NCBI GenBank assembly: GCA_025201805.1
Contig: MU619272.1
Coordinates: forward strand, 134,105-198,104
Length of the DNA stretch: 64,000 bases
Reading direction: 5' to 3'
DNA from: Parasitella parasitica NRRL 2501
Lineage: Eukaryota > Fungi > Mucoromycota
The position numbers and the translations under genes were made by a program. Positions 24,587-38,093 of this stretch are shown one piece after another. A model generated the notes under the pieces. It searched no databases and had not been told where the DNA came from. It saw only the letters and a list, made by a program, of their open reading frames with translations. Within the stretch, counting starts at the first letter, position 1; each line of letters begins with the position of its first letter.

Positions 24587-25591
24587 CCCAGTTCAAGAGT
24601 TCCTTTTTTTTGTGATTCTAATGCTAAACATGTAAAAATAGAAAGTGGAATAGAGGTTAGGATTGAGGTTGAGGGTAATTTTATTAACAAAAGCTAAGCT
24701 TCAAATAAGCTTCTGGTAGATTCCAGGTGCCAGGTACTGTGCTATAGAGTATCAAATTCTGAATAGGAGATAACTCGCTATACCAAACACATTTTTGTAT
24801 ACCAATCCGTCTGTTGTAACGAGTCCCGACTGATATAACATAAAATGATAATGCGAAGTTATAAAAATAGAGATCGTCATTTGCTGAAGCTGCTAAGATT
24901 TTTCATTCTGTAAATGCATAATTTGGCGGATACGTACAAATTAATGCCTTATTAGTATATGCAGTTTAATACTTTGATACTATGATGGTTTTGTGGTTTA
25001 GTTTAAATACCTATGCAGCTCTATAGACTTGTCTAAATATTTGAGTTTATTTAGATGTCTAATATCTAACGAATATATCTGAAATAATTATCAATTATGA
25101 AATTCAAACAATTTTGTATTGTAGCCCGTTTGATCAAAACTAAAATAATTAGAGCGTCGCAATTTCGCATATCATTATAAAATGTTCCCTAATCTTGGGC
25201 ATTTTTAGTCTAAAAATATGATTGTATTTTAATGCTTTTTGTCCCTACTTGAAATATTCTCAGCTTTTATCAGAAATAGAAGGTCTGTTATCAGAAACCA
25301 TGAAACGACAACCTCCCCCCGCCCCTAAATCGCCTACTACATAATAATTATATCGTAGACAGATGAAGGGGATCAAAAACAAACTTATTTTGCTTGACTA
25401 AAAAAGACCGGAAACTTTATTGGCGTAATAGTGTGTGCGTGTAAAATATTTTAGGTTTTATGTGTATATAAACAAAAATAGAATTAGTGTCGAAAAGAAA
25501 TGAATGTAAAATAAAGGGTTTAAAAGAGAGAAAGAAAGCTATTAATAAAAGAGAGCTATAAATTATTTTAATCATAAAGAATGATTATGAT

Positions 25592-26592
25592 TTACATGAA
25601 AAAGTGAGTGTTTTGTCTACTATCAATATGGACAAACATATCATTCAATTTAAAGTGGTTCAATTCCTCCTTAATCTTCAGAGCCAAGACAGGCGTTAAT
25701 TTTTGACAAGTAGCACCCGTATCACATCGACGATCGTACTCTTGCGCAGAAAACGTTTCATGCATTTTGATGATTGGATTAAAGGAAAGTGATTTTTTGC
25801 TCGATGTCGTAGTGGACGACGAACAAGTTGTGGTTGAGACCGTGGAGGAGGCAGGCGAAGGCAGCTGTTGAACGTTTGTATCTACAAAAGGTGGGCGACG
25901 GCGATGGTGATGGTGTCTAGAAGAAATGCTAGAGTCAGGTGAGGCTGGCAAGCTGGTGTTATTTATCATGAACGATGGGGAAGGCGATGGTGTCAAGGAC
26001 GATGACCGAACTGTGCAGACGATGATGTGAGATTTTGGTTTAAAATTAAAATCTTGTACATATACCAACCTTTACTTTTAGTAGAAGATGAAGCCGAAGG
26101 AGTGGTATCTACATGTATTAATTTCGGCAAATCACCGGCTTTCTTGTCTACAATGCCACTACTATGTTCTGTCATACCAAACACTTTTTTGATTCTTTTA
26201 CCCAATGATTGTCTTCGTTTTGGTAACTCGATTGATTTAGGAGTAGTTGGGGTAGATGATGTCGATGAGGGAGACATTCTAGTAGATCTAGATGTGTTGA
26301 TAGGTGTAACCGCGGTTCTTTTGTTGGGCTCGGAACGATAGGATACTTGCTGCTTCACACTTGAATTCGAGCTTGAAGGAGATAGTTGATGCGATAGAGA
26401 AGGACGGTATCTGCTAGCATTGCTGCTGGCAGATGACACTGTAGATGATCTTCTACTACCTGTACTGTTCCTCATCATCATCATCATTTGCTGCTGCTGA
26501 AGATATTGCAATTGATAGTAGCTTGACTGCATTTGCTGTTGGTACAAGTCATTTTGGTAAGACCAGTCGTTCCACATAGCATTATTTTCCAT
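25592..26592 (-). CDS. Bni4-like PP1-targeting protein (2 exons)
   Basis: Low-complexity Ser-rich body; C-terminus KKSLSFNPIIKMHETFSAQEYDRR...TCQKLTPVLALKIKEELNHFK...VHIDSRQNTHFF; intron about 26070-26012 joins the two ORFs. Confidence 0.8.
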
Positions 26593-27248
26593 CTTTTGAG
26601 AAAAAATATCAGTATTTATAAGAAAGAGTAAAAGATATGCAAAAAAAAAAAGAGAAGCCCAATACTATATATAATGAAATTCACCCATGACCCATTCATA
26701 TCACTCCCATGGTTGAAACATTTCTCCTCCTTCATCCCTTTGCACTGCCTCACACGCACGCCCTCTCACTCACTCAAAAAACGCTGATATAAATAAGTTG
26801 CATAAAAATAGTATGGAAGCACCAAAGATAGAAATGGAAATAAACCAAGAAATTACCTTTTTATCATCTGTGGGCGAGCCAGTGATTTTTAAAGACATTA
26901 TATCTGCCAAAGACATATCATCATCGCCATCATTTTGAAAATAATTCATGGTGTTTTGGAATATTATAATTTATATATATATACAAAGATAATGATAATA
27001 TTAAGAAGAAGAAAAATAGAGGGAAGAAAGAGTTTTTTTTTTTCGAAATGTGAACAATCTCTCCTCTTTGAACTTATTATTATATACACATTTCCCCCCT
27101 CTTATTTTTCCCCCCTCTGCATCTCCTTTTTTTTTTCTTGAGAAAATATCATGGACATCTCCTCTTGTTCCAAAATTGCTCCTAATAAATCAAAAGCCTG
27201 AAAGAATAGGAATACTCTCCTTTTGACTTTTATTGTATTATACATAGT

Positions 27249-28430
27249 TTATTCGTACTCTGGTACTTCATCAGGTTCCTAAATTTACATTTGAGTAAAT
27301 AAAATCGATATGCAAGTATATTAATTTTTATTACCTTTGGCTCCAAGTCTTCGCCGTATTGCATTGAGTTATCAACGTGTGATAGAACGTATTCAACGGA
27401 ATCTTCGTCTGTGATGTTGAGTGGTATAAATCGTACCATACTGTAATCGTCAATCAATTGCACAATGGCTTGATTCAATGCTTGGAATTTTAAGCTCCTT
27501 GCGCTGGGTTGCTCTCCATTAAGCACATTGTCTGCCTCTTCTGTCATTAACATTGGGTCTGGTTCCAAGTATCTATCCATTTCACGATCTGTCATTGCTT
27601 TCTCCATTAATCGTCTTCTTCTCTTTTGCCTGCGCCTCTTCTTTTCTGCTGCTGTTTCGGCGTCATCTTCATCATCATCATCTTCTTCTTCAATGGGTTT
27701 ATTACCGTAATCTCCCTCAATCAAATCCATTTTAGTCATGACATTGATGTGTGGGATTTCTAAATTAACCATAGCGCTCATTGCACTTAAAACACCCGAG
27801 AAATATTTGCTTTTGTCCTCAATGAATTGTGATTCTAAACAATAAACACCACACACTGTCATGTTAAGACGACCTAGGGTTTCGCAAAGACGTCTCATTA
27901 TAGGAAAATGAGTATATAATTCGATCTGACCGGGACAATCGATAATCAAATAGTCATCATCGTATGTGCCAATTTCTTCTTCAAGCCAATCAACATTGTT
28001 CATCAAAAATCTAATCTGTTGATTTAGTTACCATGACAACCAGCTGTCAGACTGACACACAACTCACTCTAAGCAGTAAATCAATCCACCATTAGGTCCA
28101 AAATCTAATTCTTCCATCACATCTTCCAGTGTAATAAGTTCTCGGATGTCAATACTTGGCTCGTATTCAAAATTCTCAGCAGCAGGATCTAAATTAACCA
28201 GATGGACTTTTCTTCCAGCAGTTTGGCAATGTGTCATCATGGTTGCGCAGTACGTTGACTGTAAAATAAGAGTATCAATCAAATGGTATGCTCAAAATTG
28301 TGTTTGAGTGCTGAATTACCTTGCCACTTCCAGCAGGTCCCATGACAAGTTGACAATGACGGCCCCTATTGTTTTTAATAACAAAAATATCAGTGTTCTG
28401 AACTGTTTATGGCATTAAGTGATAATACAT
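27249..28430 (-). CDS. GPN3: GPN-loop GTPase 3
   Basis: [55 protein letters not shown]. Confidence 0.93.
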
Positions 28431-30583
28431 TTTTAAACTGTCTTGTTCGATTTTTTCAAAAAGAAATGCTAAAAGCTTTTTTTTATTGATACGCGAAGTT
28501 TTTTTTTTAATGAAGCTGTAATGATAGTCGTTTAGTAGTAGGTAGTAGTAGTCACTATGAGGTTGCTTTGATTACCAATCAACCTGTGCATTTGAGTGCT
28601 TTGACGTTTGAAGTTTATAAAATAGGCGTAATTCGAAGTACATTATATAAAGGCATATCATGTTATATTTCTTGTGTATTTCGAATTACCTGTCGTACAG
28701 GACACTCAAATGATGCCTTTTAAAATTCATACATTATATTCAAACCATGCAACTTTGTTCTATTCCTGTGATATCAAACAATAACCCAAAACCCGTTATT
28801 CCATAATTACTGTAAGCATACATTGCTAATGATATAAATTATGTATGTTCAAGGCACATCTAACTTTGGCACTATGGACAACTATTTGCAGACTAAATTT
28901 TGACTCAACTAAACATCTTACCCAGCAAAACATAGATTTTGAAGATGGCCTAATCATCTTTTAAAATTTAACCAAAACCAAGTGAAAAGCACAATGTCAA
29001 AATGTAGTTGGCATGAATTTAATTTTTAATGTAAAGTACATGATGCACATATATATATAGATGTCTACCTATTTACATACATATATTACAAGAAAAGAGG
29101 GAAAACGGGGGATGGACCACGGAAATAGGAAAAGTCCATGATCTTTCTTTTATTCGAATAAGGAGGACAGTTTCGACAAGTTGGTTCCATCTAATAAATG
29201 TACAATCAATGTTTAGGAGTAAAACGAGGGAAAATAAAAAGATCATTCCTAAAGTCAAAGCATAATGACAAAAATAAGAACAAAGTTGTATCCACAATGG
29301 ACCCTTTTTCAAGGATCATCAAACACTTTACATGAAAGAGATTAAATATCTATAATGTCTAGTCTCTCAGTCTATTTTGAGTAAAGATTCATCGGTAAGT
29401 TTAACGGCATAAATTATCTGTGTTGGCACTAAAGGAGTCTACCCAGATGTATCAAATTCATCATACTAAATCTATTTACAGTTTTGGAGTATTGCGATGT
29501 TTATATATCCACTGTGTAGAGGCTACATATACTATCGTGTCAGTTTATAATACGGGTTACTTTTCTGAAGCTCTCTATTTACATTGAGAGTCGTGCATTA
29601 TAGAAATCAATCATTCATTCAAAGGGTTTATTCGCTTGGAAGATTCATTAGCCTTTTATGAAATAGCACAGACAGGAAGTTGGATTTGACATAATTCACA
29701 TAGTTTTAATACTTGCAAGAGAAATAAGCCTGACATACTTAGAATTCTTAGAAAGAGCGCAACGGCTGATAAATATTTTTGCATCTCCCATCGAAAATAC
29801 AGGGTGTTAGTATATTAATCTTGTCTCTTGTATTGATGCTCTCTGAGTGTAGAATGCCTTTTATGTTGAATGTCTTCCGAATCCACAAAGTAATTCGAAT
29901 GAAAATGCTGGACTGTAGTGTAGACAAATTGATAGTACTATAATTCAAACACACTCAACTCCCATATATGTCTCCACAATAGCAGAACATTACAACTATT
30001 AAATAAAATCCATTCGCAATTACTAATAGTAATAGATTTGCAAGAACAAAATTTCTGCATGTTATGAAAAAAGAAACATTTTATCCCACGAAATTTTTGT
30101 AATCGACATGATTAATCAGAAATGCAACTGTAGCTTAACCGTTCAAAAATAGCCACTAAAACCGGGCGGTCTGCAAATGGATCGACCAACTAGCAAACTT
30201 TTTACTAATGAATGATATTTTTTCCGGGCATAAATAGTTTTACCTTGGCTATTAACTCAATACACATGCCATGGATAATAATATGTTTCCATAGCAGTAC
30301 ATTGGTCGGGTTACTAGGCAACAGCAGTGAATGCTATTATATGTGAATGCTGATGTATTTATGAGTGGAAATGTTCTATTGATGTCTGATTGGACTTCAT
30401 GTGACAAAAGAACCTTCACACGACATTCAAACGGCGGCCTCCACATTCTTTTATTCTGCTGACTTATCGTTTATTCTTTCAGTTACACGCCAGTATTAAA
30501 TATGTTTTATTTGGCTCTCCCTTTTTATTCTTCTTTTTTTTCTCCCCACATTGCGATAGAATTTCAATTAATAGTCGAAAATA

Positions 30584-32890
30584 ATGAGCAAATTCAGTCT
30601 AGAAAAGCAAACCTACGAGGTTCCTGGAACCAGAAGTCCTGGACAAACAGGTAATGCATTGCACAAACTATATATTTAGTCATCGTAAATAGTCTCTACA
30701 TGGCCATCTACTCTACGTCAAAAAGTGAGCATCATCTAACATATACTTGATATAGGCATTTACCGTAATGCTCAACGTCCTGTTGTTGAGGAATCTTTCT
30801 CCCCCAAAGTTAAATCCATGATTGATGTCTTTAACAATGGTAAACACACATTAACACACATAAATCGCCCATGTTTTACTAAATGATTTGGATTTTCTAG
30901 GCTTGAAAGTCTCCAAAGATCGCCCTTGTCTTGGTGTTCGTTCAGTGAAGAATGCACAAACCGGTGAGCGTGGCCCTTATGTTTGGCAGACTTACCGCCA
31001 AGTTAGCCACAGAATCACCAACTTTGGTTCCGGTCTTTTGAACTATTTGAACCATACCATGAATGATACTCGCACTACTAATATTCCAATCGGTATTTGG
31101 TCAGTCAATCGCCCCGAATGGACTATTACCGACTTGGGTTGTTCGTCTTATTCTTTGTACACCGTTGCTCTTTACGACACGCTGGGTCCTGACACTGTGG
31201 AATTCGTTGTAAATCATGCTGAACTCGAAACCGTTGTTTGCTCTGGAGATCATATTGCCGACCTTTTGAAATTGAGGCACAAATTACCAAACCTGAAGAC
31301 TATTATCTCCATGGACACCATCGAGGAAGTTGCTCATCCTGGCGTTGCTTCCAAGAGCGAGATTATCAAGGCATGGGCTGCCGAAAAGAATGTGAATTTG
31401 GTCGACTTTAATTTTATCGAGGAGCTGGGTAAGAAGAACAGACGTACGTACAACTATCCCAACGCAGAGGATTTGGCTTGCATCATGTATACAAGTGGTA
31501 CAACTGGTATGCCAAAGGTAAACCTTATTCTATTTGATGGGAAAAGCAACAAGCAATAGTTATTAACATGTGATTTTTACTTTTCATTTTTATTTTTATA
31601 TAGGGTGCTATGTTGACTCATGGCAACTTCGTTTCTGCATTATCTGCTAGTTACCTAAGCTTCGGCGGTAATTCTGACGATTCCAGTTTATCGTACTTGC
31701 CACTCGCTCATATTTTTGGCCGTGTATGTGACATGTTGTGCCTTTGTCTTGGCGGTCGTTTAGGCTACTTTAATGGAGATATGAATACATTGGTCGAGGA
31801 TATCCAAGAAATGAAGCCTACCATTTTTGCCACTGTACCACGTCTCCTTAATCGTGTTTATGGTAAGATTGTTGCTTCTACTGTAAATGCTCCTGGTGTT
31901 ACGGGTGCTTTGGCTCGTCGTGGTATTGCCACAAAGTTGGCTAATCTCGAAGCTGGTAAAGGCTATACTCATCCTTTCTGGGACCGCTTGATGTTCAACA
32001 AGGTAAAGAGTGCTCTTGGTGGCCATGTTCGTATTATGGTTACGGGCTCTGCTCCTATTGGTAAGGATGTGATGCAGTTCCTTCGTGTTGCCCTCTGCTG
32101 TGATATTCGTGAAGGTTATGGTGCTACAGAAACATGTGCTGCTTCTACTATTCATTATCCCAATGAGTTCAAAGCGGGCCATATCGGCGCTCCTTTCACT
32201 TGCAACGAAGTCAAGTTGGTCGATGTTCCTGAGATGGACTATCTCTCTACTGATCCCTATCCTCGTGGTGAAATCTGTATCCGTGGCCCTAATGTATTTA
32301 AGGGATACTACAAGGACGAAGAAAAGACCAGGGAAGCTATTGATGAGGAGGGTTGGTATCACACGGGTGATATTGGCTTAATCAATGAACGTGGCAGTAT
32401 TGTCATCATTGACCGTAAGAAAAACATTTTCAAGTTGGCTCAAGGTGAATACATTGCCCCTGAAAAGATCGAAAACATCTATGCAAAAGATCCCGTCATT
32501 GGCCAAATATACTTGCATGGTGATTCCTTGCAAAGCAGTTTGGTTGCTATCGTTGTACCTGATCCAGAAACTTTAGCAGCTATTGTTCAAGCCAAGTTAC
32601 CTCAAATTCATGCCAAGAAGTTGAGCTTCCCTGAGTTGTGTAAGGTTCCTGAGGTCGTTGCTTTTGTTTTGAATCAAATGACAAAGGTTGGGAAAAAGGC
32701 AGAGTTGCGTGGATTTGAACAAGCCAAGGCCTTGTACTTGGAATCTGAGCCTTTTGCTGTTGAAAACGACCTTTTAACCCCTACTTTCAAGGTCAAACGT
32801 CCTCAAGCCAAGAAGCACTATGAAGAAAAAATTGCAGAGCTTTATGATGCTCTTAACAGCCAGGTTGAACCTGTGAAAGCTAAGCTTTAA
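30584..32890 (+). CDS. Long-chain acyl-CoA synthetase with C-terminal PTS1 (AKL)
   Basis: YTSGTTGMPKG, EGYGATE, GWYHTGDIG, IIDRKKNIFKLAQGEYIAPEKIE; ends ...KAKL*. Confidence 0.95.
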
Positions 32891-33703
32891 GTGACCTGCC
32901 ATTCCTATTTATTGGGATTTAATGTGGCATCCGCAACATGATAGTAATCCTGCAATTATTTGTTTGATTGCACCTAATATATAAATAAAAAGCATAGTTT
33001 TATATCCTCAAGATGATCTGAAATAGATGTTTGTTGTATCGAACATGTATGAAACTTTCCACCAGACCTTTTAGTGTCCTTTTGATTAAACCGAAATCAT
33101 TTATACAAGAAATCAGCTTGTAGAGTAATTAAATGTGCATCTACTGGTGGTAATAAAAAAAAAAAAAGAAAGAAAAAGGTCAGGAATTTGGGTAATCCAC
33201 ACTTGAATAAAACCGCATTTTTCGACTACAATTCTATATTTTGTATAATAAGGCTTAAACTTGCAATTTATTCATTTTTTTTTTGGTACCAGGGCAGCTA
33301 AAAAGGTGATATCAACAGTCGCAAAACACTCGGAAAAAAATAAGCTCGCTTTGCCTTTGACGAGATTTCTTGCTTTGCATGTTGGTGACAAAACTCTAGG
33401 TTGGTACTTTAAACATCTTACGCAGTGTCTTACTAGTATGGCACTATTTTTTGCTCCTGTACAAGCAATCTTGTTTTGCAAATAAACAAGATAGATGGAA
33501 GCTCATAACTTATTAACGGTACAAATCTCATTTATTTTACCTTCGTCGAAAGCAGCTAAAAGCAAATTGTTAGCTACTACAACTGTCCTCTTTACGCCCA
33601 CTACAAAAAATTCAATTTGAGAAGACTCACATTTAGTTGTTGAGCTGTTCTAAAAAGACTCAAGCTGTATACACGCTTACGACAGTTTCTGTGAGTATGT
33701 GGG

Positions 33704-33728
33704 CAGGTAGCCAGGTAGCCAGGTAGCC
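33704..33728 (+). repeat. Short tandem repeat (CAGGTAGC)x3 upstream of the paxillin-like gene
   Basis: caggtagc caggtagc caggtagc read directly. Confidence 0.8.
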
Positions 33729-33881
33729 ATTCCTCACGAAAACCAGGAGGCAAAAATTTCCAAAAGAAGGTAATTGTTTTGTATTGACTTACTTTGTCAA
33801 GAATAATCAATAGTTTCATCTTACCATCTTTTTTCATTTCTTGTTCATTTCTTTAGCTTCTAAAAAGCTTAAATAAATAGT

Positions 33882-35680
33882 ATGCAATCTGACGTCTGCT
33901 ACGATTATCACAACAATGGCCAGAGATCGCTAAGAGGGCCTAGACCAACCCCACAGGCGCCTATGTATTCCATTCCATTTACTCCTAGACAGCCACGCAT
34001 GCCAATCGAAGTGATTATTCCACCAGCAAGAACAAACTTTGTGCCTCAACCACCATCACAACCTTATGTTTATCCAGCTCCTAAACCACAGCTGCAAAGA
34101 AAGCCATCAAAGACTGAGGTGCCCTTGAAACATTCCATCCCGCCTTTGCCTGCGGCTTCCTCGTCCACCAAAACCATTGCACATTCGAATTCGGTTATTC
34201 GTAGAAAACCGACACCTCCAACCCCCACATCTAAACCTGGAAGCAACTGTACCAAACCTGTTTATCAAACACCTTTGAAATATTACTCTTCTGATGAAGA
34301 AGAAGAAGATATGAATGATGAGGACATACTTCGTGATCTCACTTTGTCTAGAAAGAAGAGTGTGCATGATATTACTATTTCATCCGACGACGAAGATGAA
34401 GAAGACGAGGATTATGATGATTACATGCTTGTAGGTGCGTCAGAAAAACCAACATCAAAAGCTTTTGACGATTTACCGCCGATTCCTCAAATATCAGCTC
34501 CTGGATACTCAGATGATGATGAAGAGCCTGCAATATCCATTACTCCCTATGCTCGCAAAAACGATTTACCGCCTATACCCTCCATTTCTGCTCCTGGCTA
34601 CTCTGACGACGAGGACAAAGACGATTGCAAAAATAAGACACCATTGCCTGTCATTCCTACAATATGTGTCCCTGGAGGCTTTTCTGACGACGAGGAACAA
34701 ACCCAACAAAAGCAGCAGCAAACGAAAAACAGTGTTTATAATTCCATGTACTGTGGAATAAGGTGTGGTGGTTGCGAAGAACCGTTGAGTGGTCAGGCCA
34801 TTACTACCACAGGCAAGCACTGGCATCCTCGCTGCTTCAAATGTCAAGCCTGCCAGCAAAACTTGGAGCATATCGCTTTTTACGAAAAAGACAGTTTACC
34901 GTACTGTGCACTTGATTACCACGAGCTATTCAGCCCTCGATGTGATTTTTGTAAAACGCCCATCGAGGAGCACTCAATTTCAGCATTGGGAAAAACCTAT
35001 CATCCTGGTCACTTCTTTTGTAGAGAATGCGGTAAACCATTTGACGAGGAAGCAAACTTCTTGGAGCACGATGGGCACGCATATTGTGAGGCAGACTATT
35101 ACAAACAATTCGGAAAGCCATGCAAAGGGTGCGAAGAGATTATTACAAGCGATTTTTTGGTTGCTTTGGGTGGTGAGTGGCATAAGGAGTGCTTTGTATG
35201 TGCTGATTGTGGAAGTACGTTTGCTTCCTCGACATTTTTGATAAGAGATGGTAAACCCTATTGTGAAGAGCATTACAACCAGCAGGGAACTATGAAAAAG
35301 AAAATCACTCAGCCCAAACTCAAGGCATTAAAGCCACTACCAAGTCTTGATATATTAGCCTCCAAAGGCTCAAAATCAGTCGACGATATCGAAGAAACCC
35401 CAGCAAGTCCAGAGAAAACATGCCATCGATGCCAGGATGTAATAGCGGGGAGATGTCACAGTGCTTTTGGGCGCGATTATCACCCTCTACATTTTCAATG
35501 TTCAAAATGTGATAAATTATTATCTGCAAGATTAACAGGTACATACAAAACTATACAAAGAGAATACAAATGGTAATTTACTCTATTCATATAGGATTAT
35601 ACGAAAAAATAGACGACGACGAGATTATCTGTAAACCTTGCGCCAGAAAAAATAGATCTTCCACAACAACACGTTTTTAG
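33882..35680 (+). CDS. Paxillin-like protein with four LIM domains
   Basis: Pro-rich/acidic N-terminus; three contiguous LIM domains plus a fourth completed by a terminal exon (ICKPC), stop at 35678-35680. Confidence 0.9.
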
Positions 35681-36143
35681 AGAATAATTACTACAAGTAT
35701 CAATAATAAATAATCATCCAATCCATACAGTGAATGATAATTGCTGCCAATGTATATTACTGCAATTCATTCATGATGAATAAAAGACGGCTACAACAAC
35801 AAATTGCAATTTTGTCCGTCGTTGATAATTCATTCTCTCTGCATCATAAGTCAATATCTGCTATTACTGATCTCGAAATTTATTTGAAAAATTCTTCTAA
35901 ATTGAGATACTAAAATGCTCATTATATAGCATAGTAATAAAAAGATATGCAAAAGAATAAGAGTAAGAGGAGAAGAATAAAGAAAAAGAAGAAAAAAAGT
36001 GGCTTTCTGAATGTCAGAATATCAAATATTCCCAAAATTTAGACTTGGGTGAAACATTTGCGCTTTTTCGCGCGAGGTGTTGTCCAGGAACGTACCGCCA
36101 AATCGAGAGATGATGGTGATACAAATTAATCACAACAAACTGG

Positions 36144-36232
36144 AAGGTGCTGATGTACATTTAACATGGTCCGTGTTTCTGATGCGGGATTAAGACCCCG
36201 TACGATGCAGATATTACATGTTCCTGAACCTT
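36144..36232 (+). ncRNA. U18: Box C/D snoRNA U18 (snR18/SNORD18)
   Basis: Guide TGGTCCGTGTTT (36167-36178) plus D' CTGA is antisense to conserved LSU rRNA AAACACGGACCA. C-like box CTGATGT (36150-36156), D box CTGA (36224-36227), terminal stem AAGGT/ACCTT, internal hairpin TGCGGG/CCCGTA. Confidence 0.87.
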
Positions 36233-36637
36233 TTTCATAATGATTTTTGTATTTTTATATTTTATTTTTTGCAAGATTTGCCTTGGTATGCGTTTCGTTG
36301 CCGCAAGTACAAAGTTGGAGAGAATCTGTCAAAAAACTATGGCTTCGAGGATCAGTTTCTTCAAATGTTTATTTGTAGAACCAAGAACAAAAGCAGGCAT
36401 GTCAAAGATACGTACACAGGTAGTGAAGCATGTCGATTGTTTGTTTCTGTGTGTGTTGCATTAAAAATGAGCAGCGTATATTGCATACCACGCAACATGT
36501 AGTGTAGTGGCAAGCGACGAGTGCATTAAAAGAGCGAATTACATTTGTGACACTATTTTGATTACCTGGTGATAGTCATTTGTGATTCTTTTTCTCATTT
36601 CTCTATTTACAACTTGTAAAGTATACCACTTTTTCTC

Positions 36638-38093
36638 ATGCTGAAGACGGGAGCTCCACACAAGACTTTGAATACCATCAAGAGAAAAGTGAGGTTTGAC
36701 ATGGAATTATTTTAAAGCGCTTTCTAATCTTGTGTTCATCTATTAGACTTCAAATGATAACGTCAAATCGAGCAGTAGTCTTGGAGGCCACAGCCTTAAT
36801 AGAGCCATCCCCTTGAAGTCATTCGACAACAAAAACCAATCCGATAAATCGCGAAATATAACAAAACTTCCATCAAAGCGACCACCTTATTCTGGCAAAT
36901 CTACTTCAACCTCTGCAGAAAATGTACAAAGATCGAATCCAACAACCCGAAGAAGGCCTTCGTGGAATGAGCACAAACAACCGTAAGCATCTGAGGAAAT
37001 ACTGATAGTTTAAGTGCTTTTTTAACAATCATCTATTGATCAGGCCAATCAAGCATTGGACGTTGGAAGATTTTGAAATAGGCAAAACACTAGGAAGAGG
37101 AAACTTTGGCAGTGTGTTTCTTGCAAAGGAGAAAGCAAGTGGATTTATTATTGCACTCAAGGTCATGTACAAAACGCAATTGGAGAAAATAGGGATTGAA
37201 AAGCAACTAAAACGTGAGGTAGAAATCCAAGGGCATTTGAGGTATTTCTGTATAAAATAATTCAGACATCGTTTTCCTTTGACAAACTTTTCTAGGCATC
37301 CAAACATATTACGTCTCTATGGATACTTCCATGACCAAGATCGCATATTTTTAATACTCGAATATGCAGCCAAAGGTGTGCTTTATACAGAATTGCGGGC
37401 GAGGGTCAAATTCACAGAGGAAGAGGCAGCCAAGGTAGAGCTGGATGATTTCGTAATCATGATTTAACGCTAAAAGCAGAATGTTATAGTACACAGCACA
37501 GATGGTCAACGCCTTGATATACTTGCACAGCAAGCGAGTGATTCATCGTGATATCAAGCCAGAAAATCTAATGTTAGGTTTGAATGGAGAAGTAAAGATA
37601 GGAGACTTTGGATGGTCTGTGAAAACGGGACGCTTAGAGTAAGTCTTTATGCGTGTATCGTGTCTAATTGATATAGACTGACGGTGTTTATAGCAACAGA
37701 AGACACACTTTATGTGGAACACTAGACTATCTACCCCCTGAGATGGTTGAGGGACGAGTACACAATGAAAATGTGGACCTCTGGTCATTGGGGATCCTAT
37801 TGTATGAACTTATAGTTGGTAGTCCACCATTTGAAGAAAAAGAAGCTATAAACGAGGACGTGAGTAGTGCCATCACTTATGAGCGTATTCGCAATGTGGA
37901 TCTCCAGTTCCCCAAGCATGTTAGTCGAGACGCAGCTGATCTTATCCGCAATGTAAGTTGTTAAATCAGACCATATCCTCCGAAAATGTCTAATACCGTA
38001 ATACAGCTTCTGAAATACAATGCTGCAGACAGATTGCCACTACGAGAAATCATGTACCATCCGTTTATTGTTAAAAATTTTAAGAAAACCTAA
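36638..38093 (+). CDS. IPL1: Aurora kinase (Ipl1/Ark1 family), multi-exon
   Basis: [74 protein letters not shown]. Confidence 0.93.

Larger units (their letters stand above)
22874..25297. mobile_element. Putative decayed DNA element bounded by 35-bp imperfect inverted repeats
   Basis: 22874-22908 TTTCTGGTAATAAACCTTTTATTTCTGATAAGAGC versus reverse complement of 25263-25297 TTTCTGATAACAGACCTTCTATTTCTGATAAAAGC (30/35 identical). Encloses an assembly gap and a dispersed repeat. Confidence 0.5.

Noticed and set aside
28750-30500. Short ORFs in the GPN3 to acyl-CoA synthetase intergenic region
   Set aside because: No motifs or coherent exon chain.
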